Below, one piece after another: positions 1-7,962 of a DNA stretch of 36,263 nt (position 1 is its first letter; every line of letters starts with the position of its first letter). Origin of the DNA: an uncultured bacterium (GTDB taxonomy: Bacteria > Krumholzibacteriota > Krumholzibacteriia > WVZY01 > JAKEHA01). Below the pieces are notes generated by a model, which saw nothing but the letters and a program-made list of their open reading frames with translations, was not told the origin of the DNA and did not search any database. The position numbers were made by a program, and so were the translations under genes. The stretch is from the NCBI GenBank assembly GCA_964500785.1, contig CAZCQM010000002.1, positions 1 through 36,263 of the forward strand, read 5' to 3'.

Positions 1-964
1 CGAACGTGGTCTCGCCCAGGACGACGCCGCGGTCCCAGTCCTGCATGGCGCCGGCAAAGATCTCCGACGCGCTGGCGCTGTTCCCGTTCACCATCACGAC
101 GATGGGGTATCCGCTGTGCACGTGGCGATTGGATGAATAGTACTTGCGATTGGAGCTGGACAGCCGCCCCTTGGTGTAGACGAGCAGCTTGTCCTTGTCG
201 AGGAACAGCTCGCTCACTTCCGTGGCCGACTGCAGCAGCCCACCCGGATTGGACCGGAAGTCCAGGACGAGCGCGCGCATCCCCTGCTTCTCGAGATCCT
301 CGAGCGACTCCTCCATCTCCTCGGGCGTCTTCTTGGCGAAATTCGACACGCGCATGTAGCCGACGCCGTCCTGGAGCATCCCGTGATACGGGACGCTGGT
401 CACGTTGATGATCTCCCGCGTCAGGACGTATTCGATGGCGTCGGTCTGTCCGGGACGGCTCACCTTGAAGCGGACCTTCGTCCCCGGCTCACCGCGCAGG
501 AACCCGACCGCCTTGTCCACGTTCCAGCCCTTCGTCGGCTGTCCTTCGATCTCGGTGATCTGGTCGCCGCCGCGGATACCCGCGCGCTCGGCCGGCGTTC
601 CGTCGATGGGCGACATGACCGTCGGATAGTTATCGCGGAATGAAATCAGGATCCCAAGTCCGCCGAACTCGCCGCGCGTGCTCACCATCAGATCTTCGTA
701 TTCGAGGCCGGAGAGATACTGGCTGTGGGGGTCGAGGTTCTCGAGCATCCCCTCGATGGCCTTGTCGATGAGCTTGTGGGTGTCGATCTCGTCGACGTAG
801 TTCTGCTGCACTTTCTCGACGATCTTCGAGAAGATCTCGAGGTCGTGATAGACGTCGGGCTTCGCGTCCTTGGCCCGGCTCTGCCCGAGCATCCCGAAGG
901 ACACCACGCACAGCGCGAGGATTGCAACGGTGACAACGAGTTGACGTGGGGTGAAGCGCTTCAC
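1..964 (-). CDS. ctpA: C-terminal processing peptidase, MEROPS S41 family (PDZ + tail-specific protease domain); 3' end lies outside the window
   Basis: Missing from the ORF track only because the frame stays open to position 1. My translation of the minus strand from GTG 964 gives VKRFTPRQLVVTVAILALCVVSF (signal/TM), then LDPHSQYL, GEFGGLGI and PIDGTPAERAGIRGGDQI (PDZ). It continues with LDFRSNPGGLL and VNGNSASASEIFAGAMQDWDRGVVLGETTF (S41 catalytic Ser block). AGGAGG lies 7 nt upstream of the GTG. Confidence 0.85.
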   Translation of the reverse strand, partial: MKRFTPRQLVVTVAILALCVVSFGMLGQSRAKDAKPDVYHDLEIFSKIVEKVQQNYVDEIDTHKLIDKAIEGMLENLDPHSQYLSGLEYEDLMVSTRGEFGGLGILISFRDNYPTVMSPIDGTPAERAGIRGGDQITEIEGQPTKGWNVDKAVGFLRGEPGTKVRFKVSRPGQTDAIEYVLTREIINVTSVPYHGMLQDGVGYMRVSNFAKKTPEEMEESLEDLEKQGMRALVLDFRSNPGGLLQSATEVSELFLDKDKLLVYTKGRLSSSNRKYYSSNRHVHSGYPIVVMVNGNSASASEIFAGAMQDWDRGVVLGETTF

Positions 965-1021
965 GGGTGAGCCTCCTACGCTCGAGGGATCCGACGGCTA
1001 ACTGGCGTCATTTCCCCCACT

Positions 1022-1037
1022 TGCAACATACATTCCA
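1022..1037 (-). promoter_or_regulatory. candidate sigma54 (-24/-12) promoter for the S41 peptidase gene
   Basis: The minus strand reads TGGAATGTATGTTGCA. GG and TTGCA are in the exact register of the consensus TGGCAC-N5-TTGCA. The -12 element is ~59 nt upstream of GTG 964. Confidence 0.4.
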
Positions 1038-1201
1038 CATTCGCGCGCCCGGGTCCGCGGCCAGGTCCCGCCCGATCCGAACAACCGCCTAAGCGGGCGA
1101 AATATAAATGAATCGCCCGCGTGCAGCAACCCGGCCTTTTCGGGGGAAGGGGCGCCTGCTAAACTCGACGAATGGCCCGCAACCGGGCGCTATCACCCAA
1201 T

Positions 1202-1843
1202 ATGCCGCGGGACGCACGCTTTATCGTTTTCGAGGGACTGGACGGCGCGGGAACCACGACCCAGGCCGCCCGGCTCCAGTCCTTGCTTACGCGGCGCGGA
1301 CTGCGAAGTTTCCTGACCCACGAACCCACGCCCGATCCAGTGGGTGCATTCATTCGTCGACTGTTGACCGGGCAGGAGCGCGCCGACGACGGCTCCGTCT
1401 ACCGGCCCGGCGAAACCGTCATGGGGCTCCTGTTCGCCGCCGATCGCCTGGCCCATTCGGTCGGCATCACCGCGCGGCTGGCCGGCGGCGAGACCGTCAT
1501 CTGCGACCGCTACATCTTCTCGTCGATGGCCTACCAGACGTCGGACCCGGCGATCCGGGCCGAGTGGATCATCGACGTCAACCGCGGCTGCGCCGTCCCC
1601 GACGTGACCGTGTTCCTGGCCACCCCGGTGGACGTGTGTCTCGAGCGCGTCACGACCCGCCGCGGCGACGCGAGCATCTATGAAAACCGCGACCACCTCG
1701 AGACGATCGCCGCCAATTACGAGAAGCTCCTTCCCCTCTACGAGGCCGCCTTCGGGAAGGTCGTGCGGATCGACGGGTCGATGGGCGCGGACGAGGTGCA
1801 CGCCGCGGTCCTCGACACGCTCGGGCTGTCCGACCGCGCGTAA
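1202..1843 (+). CDS. tmk: thymidylate (dTMP) kinase
   Basis: ORF 1172..1843. The P-loop FIVFEGLDGAGTTTQ follows the internal ATG at 1202, which I take as the likely start. Also LTHEPT and CDRYIFSSMAYQ (the DRY-type motif of Tmk). Confidence 0.9.
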   Translation: MPRDARFIVFEGLDGAGTTTQAARLQSLLTRRGLRSFLTHEPTPDPVGAFIRRLLTGQERADDGSVYRPGETVMGLLFAADRLAHSVGITARLAGGETVICDRYIFSSMAYQTSDPAIRAEWIIDVNRGCAVPDVTVFLATPVDVCLERVTTRRGDASIYENRDHLETIAANYEKLLPLYEAAFGKVVRIDGSMGADEVHAAVLDTLGLSDRA

Positions 1844-1857
1844 CCAGGCGGGCCACG

Positions 1858-2466
1858 TCAACGCGGCGGGTCCACCGACGAGGCGACACGGTGGACGTGT
1901 CGGATGCGCTGCATCACCGTGTACAGCGACGTCACCGCCAGCAGAATCATGACCGCCATCAGGAAGCGGTATCCCGCGATCAATCCGATGGCCAGGAGGC
2001 CGATCCGCTCCGGGCGCTCCATGACGCCCACCTTGCACTCGATGCCGAGGCCCTCCGCGCGGGCGCGCGCATAGCTGGTGAGAATCGAACCGGTCAGCGC
2101 GAGCAGAATGACGACCGGCTCATAATAGGAGTACGAGCCCGGCCCGCGCACGACGAAGAGCAGGATGCCCCCGAAGTAGGCGAACTCGCTCAGCCGATCG
2201 AGGACGGAATCGATGAAGGCCCCGAACGACGACGCCTTTCCCAGGCGACGCGCGACGTCGCCGTCGAGCACGTCGCACAGTCCGGCGAGCAGGAGGAACA
2301 CGCCTCCCAGACGAAGCGACCCGCGCGCGACCACCACGCCCCCCCAGATGCTGAGCAACAGGCCGAACACGGTGACGAGCAGCGGCGACACGCCGTAGGA
2401 AACGAGCAGGGAGACCACCGGATCGAGGATCCGACGCGCACCGGACTGCAGGGCCCGCTTGTCCAT
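1858..2466 (-). CDS. CDP-alcohol phosphatidyltransferase family protein (PgsA/PIP-synthase-like), polytopic membrane protein
   Basis: ORF 1858..2469. It carries the signature D-x2-DG-x2-AR-x8-G-x3-D-x3-D as DVLDGDVARRLGKASSFGAFIDSVLD, plus several hydrophobic helices. The GTG/ATG start (2469/2466) overlaps the rsmI stop (GTGATG). Confidence 0.8.
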   Translation of the reverse strand: MDKRALQSGARRILDPVVSLLVSYGVSPLLVTVFGLLLSIWGGVVVARGSLRLGGVFLLLAGLCDVLDGDVARRLGKASSFGAFIDSVLDRLSEFAYFGGILLFVVRGPGSYSYYEPVVILLALTGSILTSYARARAEGLGIECKVGVMERPERIGLLAIGLIAGYRFLMAVMILLAVTSLYTVMQRIRHVHRVASSVDPPR

Positions 2467-3191
2467 CACTGCGACGCCTCCGGCCCGTCATCTGTGGCCC
2501 GCGCGCGACGCCGCTTTCCCAGCCCGCGCACGACGAGTACGAACTCGCCCCGTTCCTGTCGCGGTCCGAGCCGGTCGCGCACGTCCGCCGCGCGCCCGCG
2601 TACGATTTCCTCGTGCACCTTGGTCAGCTCGCGCGCGACGGCGATCTCCCGGTCCGGCAGGCGTGCCGCGACGGCCTCCAGCACCTTTCGGAACTGGTGC
2701 GGAGACACGTAGAAGACGGTCGTGCGCGGCTCGTCGGCCAGCGCGTCGATGGTCTGTTTGAGCTCGCCCGGCTTGCGCGGGGTGAAACCCACGAAGACGA
2801 AGGTCTCGCACGGGAATCCGGACAGGACCAGGGCCGGCAGCACCGCGCTCGCGCCGGGCGCCATCGTCACGGGAATGCCCGCCTCGATCGCCGCGCGCAC
2901 CAGGTAGAAGCCGGGATCGGAGATCCCCGGCGTCCCCGCGTCCGTGATGAGCGCCATGTTCTCGCCCGCCTTGAGGCGATCGATGAGCCCGGGCGTTATG
3001 CGGGCTTCGTTGTGGTCGTGATACGACGTGAGCGGGGTGGATATTCCGTAGTGAGTGAGGAGGCGCCGGGAGTGCCGCGTGTCCTCGGCGAGGATCAGCT
3101 GGACGTTCTTGAGCACCTCGATGGCGCGCACCGTCATATCGCCGAGATTGCCGATCGGAGTGGCGACGAGTGTCAGTGTGCCCGCGTTCAT
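2466..3191 (-). CDS. rsmI: 16S rRNA (cytidine1402-2'-O)-methyltransferase
   Basis: LVATPIGNLGDMTVRAIEVL, LAEDTRHSRRLL, SYHDHNE, ITDAGTPGISDPG and ARELTKVHEE. It is collinear with E. coli RsmI as I remember it. Confidence 0.9.
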   Translation of the reverse strand: MNAGTLTLVATPIGNLGDMTVRAIEVLKNVQLILAEDTRHSRRLLTHYGISTPLTSYHDHNEARITPGLIDRLKAGENMALITDAGTPGISDPGFYLVRAAIEAGIPVTMAPGASAVLPALVLSGFPCETFVFVGFTPRKPGELKQTIDALADEPRTTVFYVSPHQFRKVLEAVAARLPDREIAVARELTKVHEEIVRGRAADVRDRLGPRQERGEFVLVVRGLGKRRRARATDDGPEASQ

Positions 3192-3227
3192 CGTTCCGTC
3201 GTCTGACTCGATCGCGCGGACCCGCCT

Positions 3228-4274
3228 CTAGCGCGGCGCGAGCGACTGGAGGGCGGCGCCGGCGCGCTCGATGTCCTCGGCCGAGACGTCGAGATGCGTC
3301 ACCATCCGGATCCGGCCCGCGCCGAAGGGTACCGCCAGGACACCCGCCTCGGCGAGTCTCTTGAGGAGGGCGTCGACCGCGAAGACGGCGTCGTCGACGC
3401 GCACCACCACGATGTTCGTCTCCACGGGGAACGCGATCGACAGCCCCGGGACGCGCTCGACGAACGACGCCAGGCGTTTGGCGTTGGCGTGATCGTCGCG
3501 CAGGCGCTCGACGTGGTGGTCGAGCGCGTGGAGGGCCGCGGCCGCCAGCACACCGGCCTGGCGCATCCCGCCGCCCAGACGTTTCCGCAAGCGGCGCGCC
3601 CGCCCGATCACCTCCTGCGACGACACGAGGATCGACCCCACCGGTGCGCCGAGCCCCTTGGAGAAGCACATGCTGATCGTGTCGGCGCAGTCACCGTACT
3701 CCCGGAACGACACGCCGGTGGCGACGTGCGCGTTCCAGAGCCGGGCGCCGTCGAGATGGACGCGGACGCCGCGCCGTGCGGCCAGGTCCCTGACCCGCCG
3801 CATCTCGTCGACCGGATAGATCCGCCCGCCGGCGCGGTTGTGGGTGTTCTCCATGGCGATGACGCGGGTGCCGGGCGTGTGGAGGGATTCCTCCTTGATA
3901 TGGGGCTCGATCTGCGTGGCCGTCAGGACGCCCCGGTCTCCATCGAGGGCGTTGAGCTGGAGCCCGTGGAGGGCGGCGGCCGACGACACCTCGTAGTTCA
4001 TGATGTGGCACTGGCGTTCGAGGATCACCTCGTCGCCGCGGTCCGACGACGCGGCGAGCCCGAGGAAGTTCCCCATCGTCCCCGACGGAACGAACAGGGC
4101 CGCTTCCTTGCCGAGCAGATCGGCCACGCGCCCCTCGAGGGCGATCACCGTGGGATCATCGCCGAATACGTCATCGCCGACTACCGACTCGGCGATGGCA
4201 CGGCGCATGGCCTCCGTCGGCCGCGTGACCGTGTCGCTTCGAAGATCGATGGGACGTCGGGTGGATTCGCTCAT
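3228..4274 (-). CDS. ltaE: low-specificity L-threonine aldolase (PLP-dependent)
   Basis: ORF 3228..4310. IDLRSDTVTRPTEAMRRAI, VGDDVFGDDPTV, FVPSGTMGN and FSKGLGAPVGS (PLP-Lys region). The likely start is ATG 4274 (MSESTRRP). Confidence 0.85.
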   Translation of the reverse strand: MSESTRRPIDLRSDTVTRPTEAMRRAIAESVVGDDVFGDDPTVIALEGRVADLLGKEAALFVPSGTMGNFLGLAASSDRGDEVILERQCHIMNYEVSSAAALHGLQLNALDGDRGVLTATQIEPHIKEESLHTPGTRVIAMENTHNRAGGRIYPVDEMRRVRDLAARRGVRVHLDGARLWNAHVATGVSFREYGDCADTISMCFSKGLGAPVGSILVSSQEVIGRARRLRKRLGGGMRQAGVLAAAALHALDHHVERLRDDHANAKRLASFVERVPGLSIAFPVETNIVVVRVDDAVFAVDALLKRLAEAGVLAVPFGAGRIRMVTHLDVSAEDIERAGAALQSLAPR

Positions 4275-4355
4275 GAGACGTGACGGCACACAACGACTCC
4301 CGCCGCCCACCCCGCGCGGGCGGCGCCGTCTTCTGGAGATGTGTGGACGTAAATC

Positions 4356-4634
4356 CTATGCGCTGGCGACGAGGTCCTTCAGTTCCTTCGACACCTTGAA
4401 TACCGGGACTTTGCGGTCGGGAACGGGCACCGCCTCGCCGGTGCGCGGGTTGCGCGCCATACGCGACTTGCGCTGCTTGACTTTGAACGTCCCGAAGCCG
4501 CGGATCTCGTAATGCTTGCCCTCGGCGAGGGCCCGCGAGATCGACTCCAGGAACATATCCATCGCCGTCGCGACGTCCTTCTTGGTGAGACCCGTCTTGC
4601 TGGCGATGTCTTCTACGATTTCGGCTTTGGTCAT
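4356..4634 (-). CDS. hup: HU/IHF-family nucleoid DNA-binding protein
   Basis: ORF 4356..4670. MTKAEIVEDIASKTGLTKKDV and IRGFGTFKVKQRKSRMARNPRTGEAVPVPDRKVPVFK (beta-arm with RNPxTG). An AAGGAGG-type RBS precedes ATG 4634. Confidence 0.9.
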   Translation of the reverse strand: MTKAEIVEDIASKTGLTKKDVATAMDMFLESISRALAEGKHYEIRGFGTFKVKQRKSRMARNPRTGEAVPVPDRKVPVFKVSKELKDLVASA

Positions 4635-4699
4635 CGGGCGAGCCTCCTTGCTCGAGGTCCGGTACAACATGCCCGCGGGGGGCGAAACCGCTGGCGGCC

Positions 4700-4728
4700 A
4701 TTCTGTCCCATAACTCGTGACAGGTCAA
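4700..4728 (-). promoter_or_regulatory. candidate sigma70 promoter of hup
   Basis: The minus strand reads TTGACC (4728-4723), a 17-nt spacer, then CAGAAT (4705-4700). This is ~65 nt upstream of ATG 4634. Confidence 0.4.
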
Positions 4729-5155
4729 GGGGTTTTTGGACAGGCCCCGGACTGCAATGTCGCCGTCTCATTCCGAGACTTCTGCGCGCAACCACGGGCC
4801 GCGATCCGGCATGATGGGGTCGAACCCGCCCGGCGAAGGGCCCGCCGTGTCGCGGGCCCGTGCCGGCGACCGGCGCAACTTCGCTTTGCGGCGTTACGAA
4901 CCGGGATTGGTACGTGGGTTGCTGATGAAACCAACCGTGCTGCGGGGTAGTCGCCGACAAGGCATCTGTTGTACCAGTACACCGCACTATCCCGCAGCCA
5001 AGAGCAAGCGCGAGCAAGCACGGTACGCGACGGGGAACCCGGACGCGTGCGGACCGATACCGACTCAGACGAGACCACGAGCGCGTTTCGCACGACGCAC
5101 CTGCGCTGTGCCGCCGTCGAACGCACAATCGCGGCCTCCAGCCGTTGCGCAACGA

Positions 5156-5185
5156 AAGGCCTTCCGGATCACCGGAAGGCTTTTT
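5156..5185. terminator. intrinsic (rho-independent) terminator hairpin, A-tract/T-tract flanked, potentially bidirectional
   Basis: aaa-GCCTTCCGG-atca-CCGGAAGGC-ttttt. This is a 9-bp GC-rich stem with a 4-nt loop. Five T follow on the + strand and TTTCGTT follows on the - strand. Confidence 0.7.
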
Positions 5186-5191
5186 GTCTTT

Positions 5192-5202
5192 GGTTGTGGC
5201 CG
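5192..5202 (+). repeat. left inverted-repeat core of the IS
   Basis: GGTTGTGGCCG, the reverse complement of 6391-6401. Confidence 0.6.
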
Positions 5203-5241
5203 GGAAAATGTTCCTGGCACGGGGTGTGCCTGTGGGGGGAC

Positions 5242-6336
5242 ATGGGACCGGGATCGACGGGATGGGTTCCTCCCCATTGCCCCAACCCCAACTGCACATA
5301 CTTCACCACGTTGAGGGATGCGTGGCCCTTCAAGCGCAAGGGCTTCTACCGGCGTCAGAGGCGTCCTCACTGTATCCAACGGTTTACATGTCTGAGTTGC
5401 AAGCGTCACTTCAGTACCCAGACCTTCTCGACCACCTACTGGCAGAAGCGCCCGATGATGTCGCGTATCTATATGATGGTTGTCGGCTGCATGGGCAACC
5501 GCCAGATCGCCCGCGCCCTCTGCTGCTCTCCCGCCACCGTCGGCCACCAGATTGCCCGCCTGGGGCGGCACTGTCTGCTCCTGCAGGCCGGTGAACTTGC
5601 CGGGATCCGGGCACTGAACGAGATCGCCATCGACGGCTTCGAGACCTTCGAGTGGAGCCAGTACTTTCCCTTCCATCACAACGTGGCGGTGGATGTGGCC
5701 TCCGGATACTTCCTCTACCACACCGACAGTCCGCTTCGCCGCAAGGGGCGCATGACCGCGCACCAGAAGCAGCGCCGCGCGGCGCTCGAGAGGGCCCTGG
5801 GCCGGGCGCATCCGCGCGCGATCGAGACCGGCATCGGTGACCTCCTGGAAGCACTGGTCTCCGCACAACGATCGATCATCATCCGCAGCGACGACCAGCG
5901 GACGTATCCGCGTGCCATGGCCTCACTGCCATGCAGAGTCACGCATCGGATCACCTCATCAAAGGAGCGCCGGGACGAGCGCAATCCGCTCCGGGAGATC
6001 AACGTGCTCGATCGGATGATCCGGCACAGCACGGCCGCGCACAAGCGAGAGACGATTGCGTGGGCGAAGCGCCGGCAGGCATCGATCGAGAAGCTGGCGG
6101 TCTTCCAGGTGTGGCGCAACTACGTGAAGCGACGACGGGAGAAAGGGGGGCGGGTGACCTCGGCGATGCAGCTGGGAGTGGCGAGCCGGCCGTGGCGACT
6201 CCGGGACATCCTCTCCACGCGTCGGTTCTTTGAGAAGGCAGCACTCTCAGAGCGCTGGGAGCGCTACTACCGCCGGCATGTGGTGACACGGGCACTGCGG
6301 GTCAACCGGGCGCACGAACTGACCTACGCGTTCTAG
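5242..6336 (+). CDS. putative DDE transposase (N-terminal zinc finger + HTH, IS1/IS1595-like catalytic region)
   Basis: ORF 4969..6336, with the likely start at ATG 5242 after GGGGGA. Zinc finger: CPNPNC..(x22)..CLSC. HTH-like segment: NRQIARALCCSPATVGHQIARL. Candidate catalytic residues are in IAIDGFETF, IIIRSDDQRTY and NPLREINVLDRMIRH...KRETIAWAKR. The last resembles the IS1 E-x2-N-x3-R...SK tail. The family call is from memory, not a search. Confidence 0.55.
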   Translation: MGPGSTGWVPPHCPNPNCTYFTTLRDAWPFKRKGFYRRQRRPHCIQRFTCLSCKRHFSTQTFSTTYWQKRPMMSRIYMMVVGCMGNRQIARALCCSPATVGHQIARLGRHCLLLQAGELAGIRALNEIAIDGFETFEWSQYFPFHHNVAVDVASGYFLYHTDSPLRRKGRMTAHQKQRRAALERALGRAHPRAIETGIGDLLEALVSAQRSIIIRSDDQRTYPRAMASLPCRVTHRITSSKERRDERNPLREINVLDRMIRHSTAAHKRETIAWAKRRQASIEKLAVFQVWRNYVKRRREKGGRVTSAMQLGVASRPWRLRDILSTRRFFEKAALSERWERYYRRHVVTRALRVNRAHELTYAF

Positions 6337-6390
6337 TGAGCTTCAACCCGGTGGGATCAAGGGCCTTTTCCCCGCGCAGACCCAATCTCG

Positions 6391-6401
6391 CGGCCACAAC
6401 C
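6391..6401 (-). repeat. right inverted-repeat core of the IS
   Basis: CGGCCACAACC on the + strand, which is GGTTGTGGCCG on the - strand. Confidence 0.6.
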
Positions 6402-6438
6402 TTTGTCATTCCGGATAGCCGGATACGCGCCGGCGCCG

Positions 6439-7122
6439 TCACATGGCCCGGACGGCCGTCGTCACGAGGGCGTGATACCACGAGACGACGAGCGAGAGCG
6501 GTGGACCGATGATGCGCCACAGGAGGCCGGTCCACAGAAGCGCGATGAGGATGAAGAACCCCCAGCGGCCGATCGACGCCAGGGCCTCGCGCGGTCCGGG
6601 CGGCAGGTAGCGCATCATGATCCAGTGGCCGTCGAGCGGCGGAATCGGCAGCAGATTGAAGATCGCGAGCACGCAGTTGATCGTGATGAGGCTGCCGCAC
6701 AGCGTGTCGAAGAACAAGAGCGACCGCTCGCCATTCACCATCAGCGCCGGTACGTGCTTGTACGTGACGCGCACCGCGATCCAGAGGATGGACGCCGCGA
6801 AGGCCAGGATGAAGTTCGACGCCGGACCGGCCGCGGCCACGTAGGCGTTGTGGACGATGGGGTTGCGGAGGTTGGCGGGATTCACCGGCACGGGTTTCGC
6901 CCACCCCAGGAAGGGCAGTCCGGAAAGAAACGCGGCCACCGGAAGCAGGACGCTCCCGACCGGATCCAGGTGCGGGAGCGGATTCATCGTGATCCGGCCC
7001 ATCTCGCGCGCGGTCGGGTCTCCGAAGCGTTCGGCGACCAGGCCGTGGGCGTTCTCGTGCACGATGACGGAGAAGAGGAACGCCACCAGGCTGACGGCTC
7101 CGGTCAGGAAATTCGTATTCAT
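6439..7122 (-). CDS. site-2 protease family zinc metallopeptidase (MEROPS M50), polytopic membrane protein
   Basis: HExxH as VHENAHGL, the second S2P motif NLLPIPPLDG, and multiple TM helices. Its ATG overlaps the queE stop (ATGA at 7122-7119). Confidence 0.85.
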   Translation of the reverse strand: MNTNFLTGAVSLVAFLFSVIVHENAHGLVAERFGDPTAREMGRITMNPLPHLDPVGSVLLPVAAFLSGLPFLGWAKPVPVNPANLRNPIVHNAYVAAAGPASNFILAFAASILWIAVRVTYKHVPALMVNGERSLLFFDTLCGSLITINCVLAIFNLLPIPPLDGHWIMMRYLPPGPREALASIGRWGFFILIALLWTGLLWRIIGPPLSLVVSWYHALVTTAVRAM

Positions 7123-7961
7123 CGGACGTGCAGCATCCTGTGGGTTTGAGGGATCACGCGCACGGTTCGAACCAGGGGGGTGGCCGCGCGCGCGCCGGCC
7201 TCGACCAGATCGAGCAGCGCGCGCGATCCCTCCGCCGTCGTCCGGCGCCCGAACAACGTCTCACTTTCCGGCTGGAGAATCAACGGGATGCCGCGGTCAC
7301 ACCCGGAAACCAGGCGGGCCGCCCGCTCGATCTCGTCCACCGTCGCGTTCAGGTCGACGACCACCTTGACGAAGAGCGTGTGCGACGGGTCGTCCCCGTC
7401 GCGGCCGTCCGGGCCCCGCCCCGACTCGAACGCGGTGCCCCGCGTCGCGGCGAGGAAGTCGCGATGCGCGTCCCACAAATCGATCCCGGTCGCCGACGGG
7501 AGCTTGATGTCCATCGCGATCACGTCGACGGCGTCGATCAACGAACGCAGCGCGTCGGCGTGGATGCCCGCCGTCTCCAGGTAGACGCGGAGCCCGCGCG
7601 CCTTCAAGGCGCGGGCGAGCGCGGCGGTGAACTCGGGCTGCTCCAGCGGTTCGCCGCCAGTGATGCTGACCGTCGAGACCGGTGCGTGGACGCGCGCCGT
7701 CGCATCGACGTCCGCGAGGACGTCGTCCAGCGCGACCGGATTCGGCCGCCAGCGCGTCTCGCCGGCGCCGTCGGCGTGTACCACGAAGCGTTTCGTCTGC
7801 ACCTTGCTGTAGACGGTGTCGCACCACGAGCACGTGGCGGTGCACCCGGCGGTGCGGAGGAAGATCTGCCGCTCACCGACGAAGGGACCCTCACCCTGCA
7901 CGGAACAGAACATCTCCGAGAGATGGCCGGCGGGCGGAGTCTGTGCGGGTCGAACGGTCAT
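7119..7961 (-). CDS. queE: 7-carboxy-7-deazaguanine synthase (radical SAM)
   Basis: FCSVQGEGPFVGERQIFLRTAGCTATCSWCDT, the QueE-type CxxxCxxC cluster context, followed by VSITGGEPL. Confidence 0.85.
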   Translation of the reverse strand: MTVRPAQTPPAGHLSEMFCSVQGEGPFVGERQIFLRTAGCTATCSWCDTVYSKVQTKRFVVHADGAGETRWRPNPVALDDVLADVDATARVHAPVSTVSITGGEPLEQPEFTAALARALKARGLRVYLETAGIHADALRSLIDAVDVIAMDIKLPSATGIDLWDAHRDFLAATRGTAFESGRGPDGRDGDDPSHTLFVKVVVDLNATVDEIERAARLVSGCDRGIPLILQPESETLFGRRTTAEGSRALLDLVEAGARAATPLVRTVRVIPQTHRMLHVR

Positions 7962-7962
7962 G

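Larger units (their letters stand above)
5189..6401 (+). mobile_element. insertion sequence (~1.2 kb) with a single IS1/IS1595-like DDE transposase gene
   Basis: An 11-bp perfect terminal inverted repeat core GGTTGTGGCCG sits at 5192-5202 and at 6391-6401 (reverse complement). It extends imperfectly inward for ~14 nt. A direct repeat TTTGTC flanks the element (5183-5188 and 6402-6407). One transposase-like ORF fills the interior. Confidence 0.6.

Noticed and set aside
4301-4325. Hairpin CGCCGCCC-N9-GGGCGGCG between the hup stop and the ltaE start as a terminator.
   Set aside because: The stem is real, but no T-tract follows on the minus strand. I cannot tell whether it is a terminator, an attenuator or incidental GC-rich pairing.
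4729-5155. Tested the ORF-poor segment by eye for tmRNA, RNase P RNA and SRP RNA on both strands.
   Set aside because: There is no GGGG..GA 5' end or ..TTCGA..CCACCA tRNA-like 3' end, and no tag-peptide frame. There are no GAGGAAAGTCCGG or ACAGAACCCGGCTTA RNase P blocks; the minus-strand AGTCCGGGGC is in the wrong place and would run into hup. There is no GGAAGCAGCCAAGGCAG SRP motif. It stays as an unclassified candidate only.
4969-5241. The 91-codon N-terminal extension of the transposase ORF, and ORF 4736..5314.
   Set aside because: The extension crosses a strong terminator hairpin and the left IR. It has no RBS and encodes low-complexity Arg/Thr/Ala sequence. ATG 5242, preceded by GGGGGA and directly followed by the zinc finger, is the sensible start.
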